A DNA stretch of 64,000 nucleotides from an uncultured Candidatus Saccharibacteria bacterium (GCA_964577675.1 CAZNZQ010000003.1:3330-67329); one strand, 5' to 3'; shown: positions 28,960 through 37,837, numbered from the stretch's first letter. Made by a program: numbers and translations. The notes: a model not told the origin generated them from the sequence alone.

Positions 28960-29406
28960 ATGAAAATTACAGTTATAAGTGTTGGGAAAAGTCACATGGA
29001 TGATACTACAGACCTTATCTCATATTACCAGCTGAAAATCCTGAGACATTTACCGCTAGAGTGGGTATTTATCCCGCACGAGGCGACGAAAGAAAAAGAG
29101 GCGGTAAAGATAATTGCGCAACTAAAGAAAGACGACTATGTAGTTCTTTTGGATGAGAAGGGAAGAGAGATGAAGAGTGAAGCATTTGCAGAACTTCTCG
29201 AGAATCGCATGGTGGACTCGGTGAGGAGAGTGGTGTTTATTATTGGAGGCGCCTACGGCGCCTCCAAAGAAATAGAAGAGCGTGCGAACTATGTATGGAA
29301 GTTATCTACACTTGTCTTCCCTCACATGCTCGTAAGAGTCATCCTCGTAGAGCAGCTCTATAGAGCTCTCTCAATATTAAAAGGGGAGAAGTATCATCAC
29401 GAGTAA
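28960..29406 (+). CDS. rlmH: 23S rRNA (pseudouridine1915-N3)-methyltransferase (SPOUT)
   Basis: 148 aa; C-terminal FPHMLVRVILVEQLYRALSI...YHHE aligns with the E. coli RlmH tail. Confidence 0.85.
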   Translation: MKITVISVGKSHMDDTTDLISYYQLKILRHLPLEWVFIPHEATKEKEAVKIIAQLKKDDYVVLLDEKGREMKSEAFAELLENRMVDSVRRVVFIIGGAYGASKEIEERANYVWKLSTLVFPHMLVRVILVEQLYRALSILKGEKYHHE

Positions 29407-29409
29407 CCG

Positions 29410-29458
29410 TTCTTATCGTTATAAGAAAAATATCAGCCGCTTAGCTGATATTTTTCTT
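29410..29458. terminator. Two consecutive hairpins then a T-run after rlmH
   Basis: TTCTTATcgttATAAGAA then aaaaATATCAGCcgcttaGCTGATATttttt. Confidence 0.65.
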
Positions 29459-29613
29459 TGTTGTGAGCCTTCTCGTGATAGAACCTAGGATGTTCGTTAC
29501 GGGGTAAGGCTTATTGGTTATATTTTAGCATATCGTTTTGACCCTTCTCGAGAGTAGATAAAAAGTGACAAAAGTGACACAAATAAGACTTATAAGGTTA
29601 CAGTTAGGTGTAA

Positions 29614-29991
29614 CTATTTCTTAAAGATTTTCCTTACAATAACAAAAGCAACTATACCTACCACAGCCCATATGATTTCAAAGTAATCACTAGCAAATAC
29701 TTCTGGACCAAAGATAAGTCCAATAATAAAGAGGATTCCAAAAAAGAAGTATCGGTTAAGTACACTACCAAGCATTGCCCATCTTCCTGTAAGAATAAAG
29801 ACCAGTAATGCTACTCCAAGAAGACTTAAAAGAATTTCACCAACACCAACCCAATGAGCTTTTAGAAAGGTTATCAGTATGCCCCAAAGAATCTTGAAAG
29901 CATTTATAGTGCCTTCTTGAATTGCATTTAGCATCATAGTAACCATTTGTGCCGGAAAATCTACCCCTAGCGGTTGTGTTGTTGTTCCCAT
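29614..29991 (-). CDS. Hypothetical small membrane protein (3 TM)
   Basis: Hydrophobic segments; no motif. Confidence 0.35.
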   Translation of the reverse strand: MGTTTQPLGVDFPAQMVTMMLNAIQEGTINAFKILWGILITFLKAHWVGVGEILLSLLGVALLVFILTGRWAMLGSVLNRYFFFGILFIIGLIFGPEVFASDYFEIIWAVVGIVAFVIVRKIFKK

Positions 29992-30072
29992 CCTGCAATC
30001 CTATCAAAACTGTAGGAAAATAGGAATTATTTCCTTATAAAAGAAGTACTCACAAAATGCTATAATACTCTC

Positions 30073-31428
30073 ATGAAAAAACCAGGAATAGTATATATTT
30101 TAGGTGCTGGAGCAAGTGCAAATGCTCTTCCTGTTGTAAGTGAAATGATTGAAAGGTTGCAGATTTTTTATCTTACGCTTTTCATTTTAAGCATCTCTGA
30201 TAGTTTAGAGCCTGAAAATAGTGAACGAACGAAGAAGCTGATGAAAGAACTTAAAGATCTTCTTGGTAATTTGAAAAATAAAAGATCTATTGATACTTAT
30301 GCGAAGGAACTATATATCAAAAAAGACACAAATAAATTAGATATACTAAAAGCATTACTCGGCACATATCTTTCTTTTGAGGAGATGTTTTCTGACGATG
30401 AAATGAGATCTTTTTTTGAAACAAAGTTTCCTAATATCATAGATTCTGACGGTTTAAATGATGACAAGAGAAGTCCTGGAGTATTAAACTCACTTAACAC
30501 AGAAACAAAAAATAAACTTAAACAGCCAGGTAATTCTGGACCAGAATACATTGATGAGTTAAGTTGCTTAAGATATTTATACAGAAAGAATATATCAACT
30601 CAAAAATATCAAAATAATAAAACAAAGATCGACCAAAGATACATTAACTTTTTGATTGATGTTATGGAAGAAGTTGATTCATTTCCTTCTAATATTAAAT
30701 TCTTTTCATGGAATTATGATTCTCAATTTCTCCATGCAATAAAAAATTTAGAGTTTAAAATACCCGTCAAAGATGGGGTTATTGATTACCTTTTTTTGAA
30801 AAGACTAAATGGTGTTGCTGCAAGAAAAGGAATAAATCCTGCCACTATTAGTTCTGGATTAAAAATAGAAGACAAAATTATTGAAGCATCGGACTGTTTC
30901 TGGAGATTAAGCCATCCTGATAGTAGAGACGACAATCTGTTAGTTAAGTTTGCTTTCGAACAAGATCAAAATATAGAGAAACTGGAAGTCTCTTCTCACC
31001 TAGATGATTTTGATTCAGTATCTGACCTAGTTATTATTGGCTATTCTTTTCCATTATCAAATAGAAATATTGATAAAAATGTTTTTGAAGCAATTCTTAA
31101 GAAGGTTGAATATACGAGAGATAAAATAATTAACCTAAAAATTTATATACAAGTTCCACCTGATTCAGATGTAAATAACGATCAGTATATAATTACAAAA
31201 GCAAAAATTACGACAGTTGTTAATTCAATTATTCCTGAACTCGATTTATCAAGCGATGGGAATGAATTATCTCACACAAGAAAAGTCACTCCACAACCAT
31301 GGCCGGAGTCAGATGTTGTTGTTCCTGGGTACAATAAAGCTCCTAAAGACGAAATATTTGAAACACTGAAAATTAAATTTTACAGGCAGTGGGATCCTGT
31401 TAACTTCTATATACCACAATCCTTTTAG
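30073..31428 (+). CDS. SIR2-like (SIR2_2 family) domain protein, candidate NADase-type defence protein
   Basis: N-terminus IVYILGAGASANALP (GAGxS), FFSWNYDSQF (NYD), DLVIIGYSFPLS (GYS). These three motifs characterise the SIR2_2 fold (recollection). Unique ~150-aa C-terminal region. Confidence 0.5.
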   Translation: MKKPGIVYILGAGASANALPVVSEMIERLQIFYLTLFILSISDSLEPENSERTKKLMKELKDLLGNLKNKRSIDTYAKELYIKKDTNKLDILKALLGTYLSFEEMFSDDEMRSFFETKFPNIIDSDGLNDDKRSPGVLNSLNTETKNKLKQPGNSGPEYIDELSCLRYLYRKNISTQKYQNNKTKIDQRYINFLIDVMEEVDSFPSNIKFFSWNYDSQFLHAIKNLEFKIPVKDGVIDYLFLKRLNGVAARKGINPATISSGLKIEDKIIEASDCFWRLSHPDSRDDNLLVKFAFEQDQNIEKLEVSSHLDDFDSVSDLVIIGYSFPLSNRNIDKNVFEAILKKVEYTRDKIINLKIYIQVPPDSDVNNDQYIITKAKITTVVNSIIPELDLSSDGNELSHTRKVTPQPWPESDVVVPGYNKAPKDEIFETLKIKFYRQWDPVNFYIPQSF

Positions 31429-32681
31429 TTTCCGTCTTTTCCAACCTCCACTACTTTAATGTAGTTCATGATCTTATATTTCTCCACTTTCTTACGAAGA
31501 TCTGCATACTTGTACCATTCAGCAGATGTGTGCCAAGTCTTACCATCTTTTTCGTAACTATATCCTCTTGAGTTAGTGAACTTCTTTGGAGGTAAAAAGT
31601 CTTCATTATCTTTTATAAGAAAAACCTGTGCCCAAGTACCTTTACCATAATGGCTTATGGTTCGAGCTTTAAGTATTCCTTGTCTAATCCATTTCTGTAT
31701 CGTTGGGCTTTTTAGATTAAATCTATTTTGAATATCAAAACTTGAATACCAACTATCTCTGAATTTCATCAGTGATCCAGGTATCTCTTTTTTATCAATA
31801 GCTCTCTGACACACAAGACATTTAACACCCCACTTGTCATACCAAAAATCTCCATCTTGATTATATTGACCACAGAGTGAACAAGAAGATCCTCCGTGTC
31901 CTTCAACCGCAAAACCATTTGGTTCCTCTTTCAGTCTTTCTTGCTTCGCTTTTTCATCTTCTTGAAACTCCTTTGTAATCTTGGTTAAGCCTTCTAGACT
32001 CCATTTGGCATCTAGGTACTCTTTACCTTCTTCTTCGGTAAGGCAGTATTTATCTCTATCAGTGGCAAAATTCTCGTCATAGTTATCTTCTTTGTGTCGC
32101 CATGTGTAATCTTCAGATCTCTTATATTTACACTTAGCACATGAATATGTCGTAGTACTTACTTTACCATCATCTTTCATGGTAACTGCTAGTGGTTTAT
32201 CACAATGAGGACACAGGTCTGGTTTTGATCTCCATTCTTCACCATCAGAATAAAAAGCTCTACGAGGGAAACACTTATTTGGACACTCAAACATAAAGAG
32301 TATTCTGTCTTCTTTGTCTAAGTTAGACATTAGCTCTTTGAATATTGGAGTAAGTCTATTTCTGCAAGTAAGACATCTAACATTCTCCGGTGGTTCTGCC
32401 GATTCATACAGCTCATCTTTTTTCCTGTCAGCATCCATCCGTTCTTGAACAGTTTTGTCTCTATTTGCATACCGCTCTCCTTTCTCAAAATAGAGTTGCA
32501 TGTCATGGACCCATTTATTAACTTGCTTCGCTTCCTTCTTAGTTATCTTTTTATCTTTAAGAGCTTTTGGGTCAATATCATCGTCATAAGGTCTATCTAT
32601 TCTACGACAATGATCAACAGTAAATCGGTCATAGCGATCGAGGTATTCTTGTCTATCTTTAAGATAGAGGATTCTCTCCAT
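31425..32681 (-). CDS. Hypothetical multi-zinc-ribbon protein
   Basis: Six CxxC pairs (CLTC, CPNKC, CPHC, CAKC, CSLC, CLVC) and a W/Y-rich C-terminus. Last gene of the minus-strand operon, 26 nt after the 2TM gene. Confidence 0.4.
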   Translation of the reverse strand: MERILYLKDRQEYLDRYDRFTVDHCRRIDRPYDDDIDPKALKDKKITKKEAKQVNKWVHDMQLYFEKGERYANRDKTVQERMDADRKKDELYESAEPPENVRCLTCRNRLTPIFKELMSNLDKEDRILFMFECPNKCFPRRAFYSDGEEWRSKPDLCPHCDKPLAVTMKDDGKVSTTTYSCAKCKYKRSEDYTWRHKEDNYDENFATDRDKYCLTEEEGKEYLDAKWSLEGLTKITKEFQEDEKAKQERLKEEPNGFAVEGHGGSSCSLCGQYNQDGDFWYDKWGVKCLVCQRAIDKKEIPGSLMKFRDSWYSSFDIQNRFNLKSPTIQKWIRQGILKARTISHYGKGTWAQVFLIKDNEDFLPPKKFTNSRGYSYEKDGKTWHTSAEWYKYADLRKKVEKYKIMNYIKVVEVGKDGN

Positions 32682-32707
32682 AACATACTAATTATACTCT
32701 TCTAGTT

Positions 32708-33256
32708 TTATTTTGATAACTCTTTTTTTATTTCCTTAATCGTTTTAAAAGGTTTCTCATCTAAATACTTTGATATTACTACTTTTTGTAGGTGCTTAGC
32801 TTTATATTTTAAGAAGTCTGTGTCTGATATTAGTGGTGTATCGTCCATTATTCTTTTATAAGAATTCAACAATTCTATGCCTTTAGCAATTACAGTGGAT
32901 TCATCGATTTTTGAAATATCTTCTCCACAAAAAACTTTTGCTTCTCTGATCCAGCTACCCCAAGACTTTACTGCGATACTTCTTTCTAGAATCTTTAAAT
33001 CAAAGTTTAATATTGCAGGCACAATACTTGCGATAAAAACACTCGCTGAAAATAAACCTAGGTAAAATGTCTGTACTGGGTTTAGTGAAGAAAAAATAAA
33101 CATCGAAGAAATAGCTGACCCTATTCCTACATACAGTAAGAATATTTTATTAGTCAAAACTATTCTATCTTTAATATTATTTTGTATACTTCTTGTCTGC
33201 TCTGCTTTCCTACAAAGACTTATAATTTCTTGGTGTGTATTATTTTTTGATTCCAT
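32708..33256 (-). CDS. 2TM membrane protein, candidate pore-forming effector (SLATT-like)
   Basis: Two adjacent hydrophobic helices (ILLYVGIGSAISSMFIFSSL, FYLGLFSASVFIASIVPAIL) with soluble N- and C-termini; 1-nt gap to the upstream gene. Confidence 0.4.
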   Translation of the reverse strand: MESKNNTHQEIISLCRKAEQTRSIQNNIKDRIVLTNKIFLLYVGIGSAISSMFIFSSLNPVQTFYLGLFSASVFIASIVPAILNFDLKILERSIAVKSWGSWIREAKVFCGEDISKIDESTVIAKGIELLNSYKRIMDDTPLISDTDFLKYKAKHLQKVVISKYLDEKPFKTIKEIKKELSK

Positions 33257-33257
33257 A

Positions 33258-33731
33258 TTAGTTAAAGTCTAGTCTATCAACCCCCGCAGATTCATGAGTA
33301 TACATTCTTGATAACTCTTGAGATAAATGCGGGAATTCAACATTAGTGCTCGATGGACTCCAGATACTTTTAAGGTTTTCTGTCTGAAAAGAGTATCTTC
33401 TGTCCTCTGGTAGATTTATGTATTCTTTTGAGTACATTATAACCACACTTAATCCATGTCCTTCACCATCCTCCCAATCTATGCCGCCAGGTCGGTCATT
33501 GTGGACTCTATCCGTACTACCAAGTCTATACTTTTTAGCCTTCAAAGGTACTCCATTCACATCATGCATTATAAGTGAAATAGTTTCTGCGTAACCAAAA
33601 ACCATATACTTTTTTACGTCATGTAAAATCTCATAACAGTAATCAATTGTCCAAAGATCAGTTTTTCTTGCTGCAATTTTAAAATCTGTTGCAATACTTT
33701 TGTGAAGTTTATTTAGTTCAGTTTGTGTCAT
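33258..33731 (-). CDS. Hypothetical 157-aa protein, operonic between nucleotidyltransferase and 2TM protein
   Basis: ORF with 1-nt spacing on both sides; no recognised motif. Confidence 0.4.
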   Translation of the reverse strand: MTQTELNKLHKSIATDFKIAARKTDLWTIDYCYEILHDVKKYMVFGYAETISLIMHDVNGVPLKAKKYRLGSTDRVHNDRPGGIDWEDGEGHGLSVVIMYSKEYINLPEDRRYSFQTENLKSIWSPSSTNVEFPHLSQELSRMYTHESAGVDRLDFN

Positions 33732-33732
33732 A

Positions 33733-34719
33733 TTAGTTTTGGATTATGTCTATATTAAAATCTGAACCAAATATTTCCTTCCATAACTCAACCGTCGGCG
33801 TTAAGTACTCCTCCTCTTCAGCAAGCAAGAGTGTCTCAAAAGCAGTATCTGCTTTAATTCTTACAAGATTCCATTCAGTGTTAGAAACATTTTTAACAAT
33901 GTTGTTTTCTTCATGGGTTGGATCTGCAATATAGACATGACTTCCATCGTGTTGATATGTCCCGTATTTTGCGTTAAAAAGAAGAACAGGGAACTTTTTT
34001 TTACTTACAAGTCTAAAGAATCTTAAGATGGCTTCCTGTATATCAGGAACAACTCCTTTATTTATATCTAAATATGACACTATTAGCTCTATTGCAAAAG
34101 ATGACAGTTTAACATTCTGTACATTTCTCCATTTTTTTAAAATGCGGACTATTGTTGAATAGTTTACATTTTGTAATTTCCTATTCGCAATAAACTCTAA
34201 CTGTTTATCAGGAGATGTAAAATATATAGACCCATTCTCATCTGGTTGAGCTACATAATCTTCATCATTAGTTTTTCCAACGGGAACAATATCAACATTT
34301 AATCCAGATTCAACAAACTCCAATCCAGATGTTTTTGTGTTTGCCCAAAAGTCATCGTCACTTTTCTGATGATAGATACTTTTTAGTATCGGTAGTAGTA
34401 AGTCTTTTGTTTGATGAAGAGTCTCGTAACTGTCCGAGTCAATATTTAAAAAGAAAACTAAATCAATGTCTATAGGCACATCATCCTTTGGCTTTATCAT
34501 TGTACCTTTTTTCCATGAACCAGCCTGTAAAACTCTAAGTACTCTTGTATCAATATGTTCCCTTATTTTAGACTGAACAGAAGACACCAAGTAATCTATC
34601 TGATCTTGATGCCTCTTCTTCTCTTCCTTTGAGAATTTAATTCTATCTTTGTAATTTATTAGTTGTGCATTTGTTAAATTCATAAACCTAGTAAAGATCC
34701 GACGGAAGTATCGCAACAA
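33733..34719 (-). CDS. cGAS/DncV-like nucleotidyltransferase (SMODS / CD-NTase-like)
   Basis: AGSWKKGTMIKPKDDVPIDIDLVFF is the Pol-beta-type GS..GT...[DE]h[DE]h active-site pattern as in CD-NTases; third acidic residue in GLNVDIVPV; 328 aa; followed by a 2TM protein. Confidence 0.55.
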   Translation of the reverse strand: MLRYFRRIFTRFMNLTNAQLINYKDRIKFSKEEKKRHQDQIDYLVSSVQSKIREHIDTRVLRVLQAGSWKKGTMIKPKDDVPIDIDLVFFLNIDSDSYETLHQTKDLLLPILKSIYHQKSDDDFWANTKTSGLEFVESGLNVDIVPVGKTNDEDYVAQPDENGSIYFTSPDKQLEFIANRKLQNVNYSTIVRILKKWRNVQNVKLSSFAIELIVSYLDINKGVVPDIQEAILRFFRLVSKKKFPVLLFNAKYGTYQHDGSHVYIADPTHEENNIVKNVSNTEWNLVRIKADTAFETLLLAEEEEYLTPTVELWKEIFGSDFNIDIIQN

Positions 34720-35308
34720 CTACCCCTTGGATCGTGCAATTATTTGTTAATATGATTGGCTTATGGCTTTTGTCCTTGGACTTTGGTCGAAGAATAACAA
34801 CACCATTACCTTTCTCTAGAATCTTCACGGTTGCTTCATCATTGATAAGAGCAACTACTTTTTGTCCATCATCTGCTGTTTCTTGTTGTCGCACCAATAG
34901 TAAGTCACCATCATTAATTCCTGCATTATTCATTGATGTTCCTTTTGCACGAAGAATGAAATACTTTGAACCTGTCCTTGCTAGTGCAGTTGATACAGGT
35001 ATAAGTGTCTCAATATTTTCTTCTGCAAAAATAGGCATACCACACGCAACCGACCCTACTAGGGGAATGTTAATCGTGCTTATCGATTGTGTTGAATGAG
35101 TGCCTATAAGTTTCAATAACCTTCCTTCTTTCTTTATAACCTTTGCTTTAATTAAGCGGTTGATCAAAAGACTTGCTGAACGAGGAGACGAATCACCAGT
35201 TACTTTATTTATTTCAACTAGAGTTGGACTCTTCCCATAATGGATAATCTTGTTGCGGATAAGAGCAAAAGCTTTCTTGTCTTTGTCACTAAGGTTATTT
35301 GGTATCAT
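34688..35308 (-). CDS. lexA: LexA-type repressor (winged HTH + S24 peptidase)
   Basis: N-terminal LexA-like wHTH; GSVACGMP; LRAKGTSMNNAGINDGDLLLV (Ser nucleophile); ATVKIL (Lys). Its 3' end overlaps the nucleotidyltransferase ORF by 32 nt. Confidence 0.75.
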   Translation of the reverse strand: MIPNNLSDKDKKAFALIRNKIIHYGKSPTLVEINKVTGDSSPRSASLLINRLIKAKVIKKEGRLLKLIGTHSTQSISTINIPLVGSVACGMPIFAEENIETLIPVSTALARTGSKYFILRAKGTSMNNAGINDGDLLLVRQQETADDGQKVVALINDEATVKILEKGNGVVILRPKSKDKSHKPIILTNNCTIQGVVVAILPSDLY

Positions 35309-35367
35309 GGTATAATTTAGTATAAATAACTATATACTTTTATGCAAGTCTTTGTTACAATAAAAAC

Positions 35368-36024
35368 ATGTCAGAAGAAAGTATGAGAATTTTAAAGGAA
35401 TCCTATCAAGCCATATTCAATGGACCCTCTTTTGCTGCCTTTCAAAGAGTTTCAAAAGAAACAGAAGAACACAGAGCTAGAATGCAGAATGTTTTTGAAC
35501 AGATAAAACCAAGTATTGATATTATGTCTAATTTTCAAGAACAAATGCGTGAAGCTAAGGAGTCTTATGTTTTCAAACTACCGTCGTATACTCTCCCCGA
35601 CAGGTCTGTTTTTATACAATCATATAAAGCACCCGAACAAAATATCCCTTCAGTAAAAAATAGAAGCTCGTATCACTTACCTATTGGATCATCGTGGGCA
35701 AAATTAACAATAAAGTTTTTTGATGGTCACACAGTAAAAGTAAGTCACTCAGACCTACCTATAAAAACATTTGATTACAAAGATATGGGATTTGCTGATC
35801 ATAAAACCAATAACCCTAATAATAAATGGAAATTATTGCAGTCCATGGCTGAAAATGGAGGTAGAATAACTAATGCTAAATACGATAGAAAATTTAGTAG
35901 AAATATTAAATATGAACTTAATTTAGGATTAAAAACTTTTTTCAATATGACTGAAAATCCTATATCAAACTACACCAAGAAAGAAGGTTATGTTGCGTCA
36001 TTTGTTCTCATGAAGGAGGGGTAA
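35368..36024 (+). CDS. Hypothetical protein (divergent from lexA)
   Basis: 218-aa ORF, no motif. Confidence 0.4.
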   Translation: MSEESMRILKESYQAIFNGPSFAAFQRVSKETEEHRARMQNVFEQIKPSIDIMSNFQEQMREAKESYVFKLPSYTLPDRSVFIQSYKAPEQNIPSVKNRSSYHLPIGSSWAKLTIKFFDGHTVKVSHSDLPIKTFDYKDMGFADHKTNNPNNKWKLLQSMAENGGRITNAKYDRKFSRNIKYELNLGLKTFFNMTENPISNYTKKEGYVASFVLMKEG

Positions 36025-36064
36025 ATTGTCATTTTTCAATAAAGTTTAATTTTTCTTAAGCACC

Positions 36065-36100
36065 AAAAACTTATTCATTATGAATAAGTTTTTTGTTTTT
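36065..36100. terminator. Bidirectional rho-independent terminator
   Basis: aaaaaCTTATTCAttaTGAATAAGtttttt. Confidence 0.7.
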
Positions 36101-36117
36101 ATCATAACAAAATTGTC

Positions 36118-36139
36118 ATATCGTCATTAATGACGATAT
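36118..36139. promoter_or_regulatory. 22-bp perfect palindrome, candidate operator upstream of the ParB-methyltransferase gene
   Basis: ATATCGTCATTAATGACGATAT reads identically on both strands; 42 bp upstream of the 36181 start. Confidence 0.45.
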
Positions 36140-36180
36140 AGGGTAGGAAAGGCAATAATAATCTTTCCATAAATAGCCCT

Positions 36181-37449
36181 ATGCAAAAATTAGTTTGGAA
36201 AGCAGAAGTAAGGAAAGTTGAAGATTTGGTGATTTGGGATCAAAATCCGAGATCTATAAGCACAGCAAGATTTTCAAAGCTGATTAAGAGAATTAAGGAT
36301 CGTGGTTTTCATAGTTCAATTGTTATTGATACAGATAATACTATTTTATCTGGTAACCAAAGGAAGGAAGCGTTACTTCATCTTGGTATCAAAGAGGTTA
36401 ATGTATTAGTACCTAATCGTAAACTTACCACTGATGAAAGAAATAAAATTGCGCTCGAAAGTAACTTGAACGATGGTGAATGGAATTTTGAAGCATTAAA
36501 GTTATTTGAACTGGATACACTACTGGACATTGGTTTCGATCAAATCGAACTCTCTAAGTTCTGGGATGAAGACAAAGATATTAAAGAAGATACATTTGAT
36601 GTTGAGAAAGAGTTAAAGAAAATTATTAACCCTGTTACAAAACTTGGTGATGTAATTTATCTTGGTAATCATAAGATTATTTGTGGAGACTCTACAAAAA
36701 AAGAAACACTCACAAAGTTATTCAAAGGAGAGAAAGCATCGATGATTTATAGTGACCCTGTCTATAACATTTCTGTGAACTACTCAGGTGGAATTGGGGG
36801 CAAAAAAGACTATGGAGGTAACGTAAATGACACTCGTACTTTTGAAGAGTACAAAACATTTATCAGTGATAGTTTGAAAAGTGCGTTATTTGTATCACAC
36901 GACAATACACACTGCTTTTATTATTGCGATCAGATATTTATCGGACTAATTCAAGAAGTGTATAGGTCTCTCGGAATAAATAACAAGCGTGTATGCCTAT
37001 GGCTAAAAAACTCACAAAATCCAGTCCCTAAGGTGTTCTGCAATAAAGCGTACGAACCTGCAGTATACGGAACTCGTGGAAGACCGTACCTTGCAAATAA
37101 TGTAACAGACCTTAATGAAGTAATGAACAAAGAATTTACTACAGGCAATGATCTCATTTCTCAAGTTGATGACTTCCTTGAAATATGGACAGCAAAACGT
37201 CTTGCTTCTAAAGATTATCAACATGCAACTTCTAAACCAATCACCTTACACGAAAAAGCAATCAAACGCTGTACAAAACCTAATGACATTATTCTCGATA
37301 GTTTCCTAGGCTCAGGTAGCACTCTCCTTGCAGGAGAACAGCTCGGGCGAAGAGTGTATGGGTGTGAGCTAGAGCCAAAATTCTGTGACTTAATTGTGAA
37401 GCGTTATGAGGTACTTACAGGTAAGAAACCGATCTATGAAAAAGAATAA
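36181..37449 (+). CDS. ParB-like nuclease domain fused to N6-adenine/N4-cytosine DNA methyltransferase (phage-type)
   Basis: N-terminal ParB/Srx-like domain (ILSGNQRKEAL). C-terminal MTase motif IV IYSDPVYN (DPPY variant) and motif I DSFLGSGSTLLAGEQLGRRVYGCELEP. Confidence 0.7.
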   Translation: MQKLVWKAEVRKVEDLVIWDQNPRSISTARFSKLIKRIKDRGFHSSIVIDTDNTILSGNQRKEALLHLGIKEVNVLVPNRKLTTDERNKIALESNLNDGEWNFEALKLFELDTLLDIGFDQIELSKFWDEDKDIKEDTFDVEKELKKIINPVTKLGDVIYLGNHKIICGDSTKKETLTKLFKGEKASMIYSDPVYNISVNYSGGIGGKKDYGGNVNDTRTFEEYKTFISDSLKSALFVSHDNTHCFYYCDQIFIGLIQEVYRSLGINNKRVCLWLKNSQNPVPKVFCNKAYEPAVYGTRGRPYLANNVTDLNEVMNKEFTTGNDLISQVDDFLEIWTAKRLASKDYQHATSKPITLHEKAIKRCTKPNDIILDSFLGSGSTLLAGEQLGRRVYGCELEPKFCDLIVKRYEVLTGKKPIYEKE

Positions 37450-37837
37450 AATTCAAGATCAATTCCTAGAAGAGCTTGCGAAAGTGCCAATAGTACAAAT
37501 TGCTTGTGAAAAGTGTAGTTTATCTCGCAATAGTATCTATCGTTGGAGAAAAGAAGATAAAGTGTTTGAAAAGAAAATGGATGAAGCATTATCAAGTGGT
37601 GTTGCTTTTGTGAATGATATGAGTGAATCACAATTACTTACCCTTATCAAAGAGAAGAGTTACTCAGCTATCTCTTTTTGGCTTCGTCATAGAAATGATA
37701 ACTACAAAGATAAAATTGAAATTACTACAAAAGAAGAAAGTGGGGAACTTTCTCCTTCTCAAGCAAAAATTGTAAGACATGCCCTTAAGTTAGCTTCAAT
37801 TACAAAACAGAAATCTATTAGAAAAATTAATAAATAA
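37436..37837 (+). CDS. Putative phage terminase small subunit (HTH)
   Basis: 134 aa with an HTH-like CSLSRNSIYRWRKED, immediately upstream of terL; start chosen at the internal Met (ORF 37406..37837). Confidence 0.45.
   Translation: MKKNKIQDQFLEELAKVPIVQIACEKCSLSRNSIYRWRKEDKVFEKKMDEALSSGVAFVNDMSESQLLTLIKEKSYSAISFWLRHRNDNYKDKIEITTKEESGELSPSQAKIVRHALKLASITKQKSIRKINK

Noticed and set aside
34688-35308. Calling the S24-peptidase repressor a lambda-CI-type phage repressor
   Set aside because: The N-terminal domain resembles the LexA winged HTH rather than an HTH_3 CI fold, so LexA-type is the better-supported call. Its host or phage origin stays open.
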